Source: Patescibacteria group bacterium (GTDB lineage Bacteria > Patescibacteriota > Patescibacteriia > UBA11705 > DATKZF01). Taken from it: DNA of 64,000 nucleotides. A model generated the notes under the pieces. It was not told the origin of the DNA. It ran no database searches and saw only the letters and a program-made list of their open reading frames with translations. Where the stretch lies: assembly GCA_049319825.1 (NCBI GenBank), contig JBMORT010000006.1, positions 235,641 through 299,640 on the forward strand. The letters run 5' to 3'. Both the position numbers and the translations under genes were made by a program. Below, one piece after another: positions 58,233 to 64,000 of the stretch (within the stretch, counting starts at the first letter, position 1; every line of letters begins with the position of its first letter).

Positions 58233-59189
58233 ATGGAATCAGCAGCACAAACTGTAACCGGGGCGGTGTCCACGGCCAAAAAGAACAGCGCATTCAGATA
58301 TAACCATCCCGTGTTTTTCATTTTATTGATTTTGGTTTGTTTGGTATGTTTGATACTGGCTTCAGGCTTGCTATCTTATAAATTGGGCACCAAGAACGCT
58401 TACTTGCGGACATTAACCGCCATTGTCCCATATCCGGCGGCAGTGGTGAATTGGGATATAATCGACCTGGCCACATATAATGAAGAATCCGAGGTTTTGG
58501 AGAATTTGGTAATCAAACAGCAAGGCGAGGTGACCGCGGAAACCAGGGCCGATATTCGCTCTGATGTTTTAGATAAATTGATACAAGAAAAAATAATCAT
58601 GCAGCTGGCCAATAAATTTGGAGTTAAGTTGTCAGATTCGGATATCGAAGCGGAAAAACAAAAAATTATTGATGAAGTCGGTGAAACGAAAGAGGAACTT
58701 AATACGAAACTCCAGGATGCTTATGGCTGGGATTTTGATACTTTTTTTGATAAGGTCATCAAAGTTTCAGTCTATCAGCAAAAAGTCAGCGAGCAGTTCT
58801 ATCAGGACGATGCCAGAACAAAAGATGCCGAAAAACAGGCGAAAGATGTTTTACGGTTGGTGAAAAAGGGAGATGAACAATTTCAGGATCTGGCGAAAAA
58901 ATACAGCCAGGACACGCGTACCGCTCAGCTCGGCGGCGAGCTGGGCTGGGTGAGCCGGGGCGATCTGCCCGCTGCGGTCGAGCAGGCGGCGTTTGGTATG
59001 GAAATCGGCGATGTCAGCGATTTAATTAAAGCTGAGAGCGGTTATCATATAATTAAAATCGGGGATAAAAAAATTGAAGGTGAAAATCAAGAAGTTTTTG
59101 TGTATGACATGTTTTTCCCATTCCCGACATTCGAGGATTATTTGAAGGATTATATTATCTCGAGCAAGGTTTATCGGTTTGTTAAATAG
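58233..59189 (+). CDS. PrsA/SurA-like peptidyl-prolyl isomerase
   Basis: F.DLAKKYSQD..A..GGELGW, GYHIIK parvulin motifs; N-terminal TM. Confidence 0.9.
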   Translation: MESAAQTVTGAVSTAKKNSAFRYNHPVFFILLILVCLVCLILASGLLSYKLGTKNAYLRTLTAIVPYPAAVVNWDIIDLATYNEESEVLENLVIKQQGEVTAETRADIRSDVLDKLIQEKIIMQLANKFGVKLSDSDIEAEKQKIIDEVGETKEELNTKLQDAYGWDFDTFFDKVIKVSVYQQKVSEQFYQDDARTKDAEKQAKDVLRLVKKGDEQFQDLAKKYSQDTRTAQLGGELGWVSRGDLPAAVEQAAFGMEIGDVSDLIKAESGYHIIKIGDKKIEGENQEVFVYDMFFPFPTFEDYLKDYIISSKVYRFVK

Positions 59190-59296
59190 CCTCCGGATGA
59201 TGAGCGGTGAGAAGCGATTTTACGCAAAAGACGGTAATAAAAGTTCGCATGTTTTTTTAACTTTGATAAAAAAAAACGCCTAGCGCGTCTTGATAA

Positions 59297-59372
59297 TGGA
59301 GCCGAGAGCGGGATTCGAACCCGCGACCTCTGCTTTACGAAAGCATTGCTCTACCAGCTGAGCTATCTCGGC
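59297..59372 (-). tRNA. tRNA-Thr(CGT)
   Basis: GCCGAGA acceptor, TGCT-TTCGTAA-AGCA, TTCGAAT, CCA. Confidence 0.95.
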
Positions 59373-59464
59373 GAAATTAGGGGATGAAGATAAGGATAAG
59401 TCGACTGAGCTTATTCAGTCATTTCATTAAAGCATTATAACATAATTTATAAGATTAATCAATT

Positions 59465-60223
59465 ATGAAACAAGCTCTTGTCGTTATGATTGGTTTGGCG
59501 ACGCTTGCGTGTTTGGCGCCAACGGCCAATGCTGATATTTACGATCCTTTAATCCACAGTTTGTTTATTGATGAAGCGACATTAAGCCGAGGATACACCA
59601 TCATCAGTTCGGATAAAGTTTTTTACGTCGGCGTGACGCCAGATGTATTAACTCAACCCAGTGACGTGGTCACCAAACAGCTGAGCCGGGAAATTTTTGA
59701 TTTTCCGGCCGGTCTGGCGCCGATCAGCGACGTCTATGAATTTGATTTGGTGAATAAAGACGCTTTTAACGATGACAAACCGGTTTGGATTAAAATAAAG
59801 CCGTTCAGACAGACTGACTGGAGAAGACGAATGTATTTTTACAATGGAGTCAGCCAGCGGTGGGAGGAGCTTCCGACTTATAAAGCGGATGCGGAGTTCG
59901 TTAAGGCCGCGTTTCACCTGCCGTACGCTCGTCTGGTAGTTTTAACCAATGATGACGCCGGCAATGTGGGCCAGGCCAGTTGGTATGCGTATAAGAACTG
60001 TTTATGCGCCGCGTCGCCTGATTATCCGAAAGGGAGCATTGTCGAGGTGACCAATTTGGATAACGGTTCATCCGTAAATGTTAAAATAAACGATTATGGT
60101 CCGGATCGGTCAATTTTTCCGGATCGGGTAATTGATTTGGATAAGGTGGCGTTTGAGCGACTGGGATCGCTGCGCGATGGGATATTAAAAAATGTTAAAG
60201 TCAGGCTGATCAGCCTGCCATAA
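59465..60223 (+). CDS. Secreted protein with a C-terminal RlpA-like double-psi beta-barrel
   Basis: GQASWY, VEVTNLDNG.SV.VKINDYGP, RVIDL..AF. Confidence 0.85.
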   Translation: MKQALVVMIGLATLACLAPTANADIYDPLIHSLFIDEATLSRGYTIISSDKVFYVGVTPDVLTQPSDVVTKQLSREIFDFPAGLAPISDVYEFDLVNKDAFNDDKPVWIKIKPFRQTDWRRRMYFYNGVSQRWEELPTYKADAEFVKAAFHLPYARLVVLTNDDAGNVGQASWYAYKNCLCAASPDYPKGSIVEVTNLDNGSSVNVKINDYGPDRSIFPDRVIDLDKVAFERLGSLRDGILKNVKVRLISLP

Positions 60224-60238
60224 AGCTGAACCACCCTT

Positions 60239-60919
60239 ATGATAAAATTTCAAGGGGTAACCAAAATGTACGGGCATGATACGAAGGCGTTGAATAACGT
60301 CAATTTGCACATTAAGCCCAGGGAGTTTGTTTCCATTGTCGGTCAGAGCGGTACCGGTAAGACGACTTTGATTAAACTCCTCACCGCCGAAGAAAAACCA
60401 ACCAAGGGTGATATTTTGGTTGGCGGTTGGAATATTGCCAATATTAAATTCGGTGATATTCCTATTTTACGAAGGCAGATCGGCGTGATTTTTCAGGATT
60501 TTAAGTTGTTAAAAAAGAAAACGATTTTTGAGAATATCGCTTTCGCGCTGGAAGTGTGCGGAGCGCCATACGGGAAAATAAAAAAAATCGTACCGCAAAT
60601 TTTGAAAATTGTCGGTTTGGCCGACAAAATCGATCGTTATCCGCGCCAGCTTTCGGGCGGCGAGCAGCAGCGCGTGGCGATTGCCAGAGCGTTGATTCAT
60701 CGCCCGAAGATTTTATTGGCGGATGAGCCGACGGGAAATTTGGATTCCATCAATACCAAGGAAATCATTGATTTATTGGTCAAGATCAATGAATTGGGCA
60801 CGACAGTGCTGTTAGTCACCCACAATCGTGAGATCGTCAATTTGCTAAAACAGCGGGTGATTACTTTGGAAAACGGCCAGGTAATCAGCGATCAGAAGCA
60901 CGGCCGTTATGTTTTATAA
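60239..60919 (+). CDS. ftsE: Cell division ABC transporter ATP-binding protein
   Basis: GQSGTGKTT, LRRQIGVIFQDFKLL, LSGGEQQR, ADEPTGNLD; followed by ftsX. Confidence 0.93.
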   Translation: MIKFQGVTKMYGHDTKALNNVNLHIKPREFVSIVGQSGTGKTTLIKLLTAEEKPTKGDILVGGWNIANIKFGDIPILRRQIGVIFQDFKLLKKKTIFENIAFALEVCGAPYGKIKKIVPQILKIVGLADKIDRYPRQLSGGEQQRVAIARALIHRPKILLADEPTGNLDSINTKEIIDLLVKINELGTTVLLVTHNREIVNLLKQRVITLENGQVISDQKHGRYVL

Positions 60920-60994
60920 ATTAAAATTTTTTCAAAAAGGCGATTTTTTTATAGCCAGTTGAATCGTTTTATAGATTTTAATTTTACTTTTCAT

Positions 60995-61909
60995 ATGTTC
61001 GTCGCCACTCTGCGAATATTAAAATTTGCCGTTCAAGATTTTTGGAGAAACATCTGGCTTTCTTTGGTTACCGTCAGCATTTTAACATTGGCGTTGCTGT
61101 CCGTTAATATTTTGATTTTCATGAACGCCATGACCGCGGAAGTTATCGCCTCGGTCCAGGATAAAATCGACGTCAATTTATCATTTAAATCCGGCACCAG
61201 CCCAGCGGAAATCGATAATTTCCAATCAAAACTCGGTGAAATTCCTCAAGTAAAAGAAATATCATTCATATCCAAAGAGCAGGCGCTTCAGGATTTTAAG
61301 AAAAAGCATCACGACGATCAAAAGGTATTGGAAACATTGTCTGAGCTCGGAGACAACCCGTTGCTTGATTCTTTGGTCATCAAGGCGCAGACCGTGGAAG
61401 ATTACGAGACCATTTTAATTTTTATAGAAAATCCGGATTACGCCGCATTAATTCAGGATAAAAATTTTACTGATCATCGATTGATAATCAATAAAATCGA
61501 AGGTATTACCGATAAAGTGGATCGGTTCGGAGTGACGATTAGCATAATTTTCGGAATAATCGCCGTTTTGATAGTTTACAACGCCATTAGAGTCATTATT
61601 TATACGCATCGTGAAGAAATAGCGGTAATGAGGCTGGTGGGCGCCACCAACAGCTTTATTAGAACTCCGTTTTTGGTTGAGAGTTTAATGTACGCTTTGA
61701 TTTCCGTGGGGTTGACCTTGGCGATTTTATACCCGATGCTGGGTTTGGTCCAGCCTTATTTCAATAATTTGTTAGCAGATTACGGTTTTGATTTGGTATC
61801 CTATTTTAACAGCCATTTTCTCCTGATTTTCGGTGTTGAATTGGTGAGTGTGATCATCTTGACGGCAATAAGCAGCGGTTTGGCAATCAGTAAGTATTTG
61901 CGGGTTTAG
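60995..61909 (+). CDS. ftsX: Cell division permease
   Basis: RN.W.S, SKEQAL..F, NPL, REEIAVMRLVGATN.FIRTPF..E. Confidence 0.92.
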   Translation: MFVATLRILKFAVQDFWRNIWLSLVTVSILTLALLSVNILIFMNAMTAEVIASVQDKIDVNLSFKSGTSPAEIDNFQSKLGEIPQVKEISFISKEQALQDFKKKHHDDQKVLETLSELGDNPLLDSLVIKAQTVEDYETILIFIENPDYAALIQDKNFTDHRLIINKIEGITDKVDRFGVTISIIFGIIAVLIVYNAIRVIIYTHREEIAVMRLVGATNSFIRTPFLVESLMYALISVGLTLAILYPMLGLVQPYFNNLLADYGFDLVSYFNSHFLLIFGVELVSVIILTAISSGLAISKYLRV

Positions 61910-62016
61910 TCCTTTCGTAACGGCCAGCGCAATCTTTACAAATTGATCCAATCGTGCTAAAATTCAGAAATCCTTGTTGGATTGAAAATTTTTGACAAGG
62001 CTTGAAATTCCCATCA

Positions 62017-62159
<143 letters not shown>

Positions 62160-62201
62160 GTTATTATGAGATGTGTTCCATGATATGTGATTTATGACCG
62201 G

Positions 62202-62292
62202 GGAGAGGTGCGCCGAATGGTAAGGCAGCGGTTTGCTAAACCGTCACCGTCTAAAAAGCGGTGTGCGGGTTCGACTCCCGCCCTCTCCGCCA
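62202..62292 (+). tRNA. tRNA-Ser(GCT)
   Basis: GGAGAGG acceptor, GCGGT-TTGCTAA-ACCGT, long variable arm, CCA. Confidence 0.95.
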
Positions 62293-62346
62293 GTTTGCGC
62301 CCTGTCAATACGAATTCGCTGCTAAAAAAACATCTCAGAATTATTT

Positions 62347-62964
62347 ATGGATAAACGTTCAACCAAACTGCGGCATTATTTTTTGAAGGATATCAATCCT
62401 GTTGTCAGATTCCTGATAATTTCTGATACGGTTCTGATCGGCGCGGCCGGCTTGCTCGGTCCGATATTCGCTTTATTCATTGAAAATTTCATTGTTGGCG
62501 GCAACGCTTCGGTCGCCGGAATCGCGGCCGGCATATATTTGTTCACGAAAAGCGTTTTTCAGGTGCCGATAGCGAATTTAATCGATCGGATACGAGGCGA
62601 AAAAGACGATTATTGGCTGATGTTCATTTTTACGATAATGATTGCGATTATTCCGCTTTTATATTTGATTATTGATACTCCTTTTCAGTTGTATTCAGTT
62701 CAATTTTTATTGGGGTGTTTTACCGCCTTTACTTTTCCCACATACATGGCGTTATTCACTCGGCATATTGATAAAGCCAAAGAGGGAACCGAGTGGGGGG
62801 TTTATTTTACCTTAACCGATTTGACCAGCGCGGCGCTGGCCACTATCGGTGGTTACATTGCCACGGCTTCCGGATTTCCGACATTGATCGTTACGGTGGT
62901 GGTAATTTCACTGCTTGGAGCGCTGCTGCTTTTACCCATTAAGTCATACATTAAGTTAAGATAA
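62347..62964 (+). CDS. Half-size (6-TM) MFS-like transporter
   Basis: PIFALFI, ANLIDRIRG (motif-A-like), FTRHIDK..EG.EWG; 205 aa. Confidence 0.8.
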   Translation: MDKRSTKLRHYFLKDINPVVRFLIISDTVLIGAAGLLGPIFALFIENFIVGGNASVAGIAAGIYLFTKSVFQVPIANLIDRIRGEKDDYWLMFIFTIMIAIIPLLYLIIDTPFQLYSVQFLLGCFTAFTFPTYMALFTRHIDKAKEGTEWGVYFTLTDLTSAALATIGGYIATASGFPTLIVTVVVISLLGALLLLPIKSYIKLR

Positions 62965-62970
62965 AAAAAT

Positions 62971-63465
62971 ATGGAGGAAGAAAAAATTGCTCAACCGGGA
63001 AAAATTTTAATTGATTGGGATTTCCCGGAGTATTATCAATACGCCAGAAGCAAAAAATGGTATATCGCGGCCGCTATTTTGATAATGTTTTTTTTAACGT
63101 ACGCCATCTGGGTAAAAAACATACTGTTCGCGATTATTCTGGTGTTAGCCGCGTTCATCAGCGTTTTACAGCAATTTCAAAAACCGAAACAGTTAACCGC
63201 GGCCGTAACGGATATGGGGATAATGGTCGGTGACAAGCTGTATCCTTATGCGGAAATAAAAAAGTTTTGGATAATCTATAATCCGCCAATGGCCAAGCTG
63301 ATGTATTTGGATTTCAATAATCCTTTAAAAAAAACATTGCCCGTGCCACTCGAAAAAGTTGATCCGGTAAAACTCAGAGAAATACTCAATAGATACTTAA
63401 AAGAGGATTTGGAAAAAGAAGAAGAGGAGCTTGGCGATAGAATGGCCAGAGTATTTAAAATATAA
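62971..63465 (+). CDS. Membrane protein (two TM segments plus a PH-like domain)
   Basis: W..PEY...RS..WY, GI.VGDK.YPY..I..FWIIY. Confidence 0.75.
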   Translation: MEEEKIAQPGKILIDWDFPEYYQYARSKKWYIAAAILIMFFLTYAIWVKNILFAIILVLAAFISVLQQFQKPKQLTAAVTDMGIMVGDKLYPYAEIKKFWIIYNPPMAKLMYLDFNNPLKKTLPVPLEKVDPVKLREILNRYLKEDLEKEEEELGDRMARVFKI

Positions 63466-63525
63466 TTGAAAATGTGGAATTTAAAATTTAAACCAGTAAA
63501 TTCCTTTACTGGTTTTTAATAATAT

Positions 63526-63602
63526 GTGTCCGTAGCTCAGCTGGATAGAGCGTCAGCTTGCGGAGCTGAAGGTCGGAGGTTCAAGCCCTCCCGGACACGC
63601 CA
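63526..63602 (+). tRNA. tRNA-Arg(GCG)
   Basis: GTGTCCG acceptor, TCAGC-TTGCGGA-GCTGA anticodon arm, D-loop CTGGATA, CCA. Confidence 0.93.
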
Positions 63603-63609
63603 TGAAATA

Positions 63610-63743
63610 AATTCTAAATTCGAATTTCCAAATCATAAACAATATCGAAATTCCAATGTTTCAAATTCCAAACAATGGTGTTTGGGAAATTAAGATTTAG
63701 ATATTAGAATTTGTTTTAGTTCAGTGTTTCAGCGCTTAATATT
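63610..63743. repeat. Periodic imperfect inverted repeat between the two tRNA-Arg genes
   Basis: aattctaaattcgaatttccaaat...ttccaaac arm versus gtttggga...agatttagatattagaatttgttt arm. Confidence 0.7.
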
Positions 63744-63756
63744 TAATAAATAATTT

Positions 63757-63833
63757 GTGGCTATAGCTCAGCTGGATAGAGCGCAAGCCTCCGGAGCTTG
63801 AGATCGCAGGTTCAAATCCTGCTAGCCACGCCA
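63757..63833 (+). tRNA. tRNA-Arg(CCG)
   Basis: GTGGCTA acceptor, CAAGC-CTCCGGA-GCTTG, TTCAAAT, CCA. Confidence 0.95.
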
Positions 63834-63935
63834 TGTCAATTTAAGTTGTCAGTCGAAAGATTGAAGATTAAAGTCCATTTCTCCGGACTTTTTTGCTATT
63901 TTAAAAAAGCGTGATTTCGATTAAAATATTAGTGT

Positions 63936-64000
63936 ATGCGGCCAGATCAATCCATCGAGCGGCTTCACCGCGTGGGCAAAACCACGGTAAAACAATTGGA
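63936..64000 (+). CDS. 5' end of a CDS running off the window, probably RecG helicase
   Basis: MRPDQSIERLHRVGKTTVKQL resembles the RecG N-terminal helix-hairpin-helix (L.GVG...A..L); only 21 codons visible. Confidence 0.45.
   Translation, partial: MRPDQSIERLHRVGKTTVKQL

Overview
Chromosomal segment of a bacterium that looks like a Patescibacteria/CPR (Parcubacteria-type) genome using standard code 11. The lineage is inferred from gene content, few Shine-Dalgarno sites and tRNA-Arg(GCG). Left to right: a 1291-aa orphan; a ~12.7-kb surface-glycan locus (GT4 glycosyltransferases, five SAM methyltransferases, Wzx flippase, AsnB-type amidotransferase, epimerase, and a degT::wzx chimeric pseudogene with a 117-bp direct repeat); dnaX, HU, tRNA-Gln, a Fur-family regulator and another GT4. 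Next is a ~16-kb block of four large secreted surface proteins sharing one ~120-190-aa module, bracketed by two ECF sigma/anti-sigma pairs. It is followed by an intact IS200/RAYT-fold gene that has lost its catalytic residues and is flanked by structured non-coding DNA, then a lamin-tail/OB-fold surface protein and a minimal T4SS-like operon (VirB6-, PrgI-, VirB4-, VirB8-like) running into comF and murG. The rest is housekeeping (P-type ATPase, ftsB-like, prsA-like, rlpA-like, ftsEX, six more tRNAs, probable start of recG). Best leads: the apparently dead HUH protein with its palindromic flanks, DnaA boxes at a fixed distance upstream of three promoters, a family of periodic imperfect intergenic hairpins, and the modular surface-protein system. 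No CRISPR array, rRNA, integrase or reverse transcriptase was seen. All family calls come from motif recognition by eye; no database searches were run.
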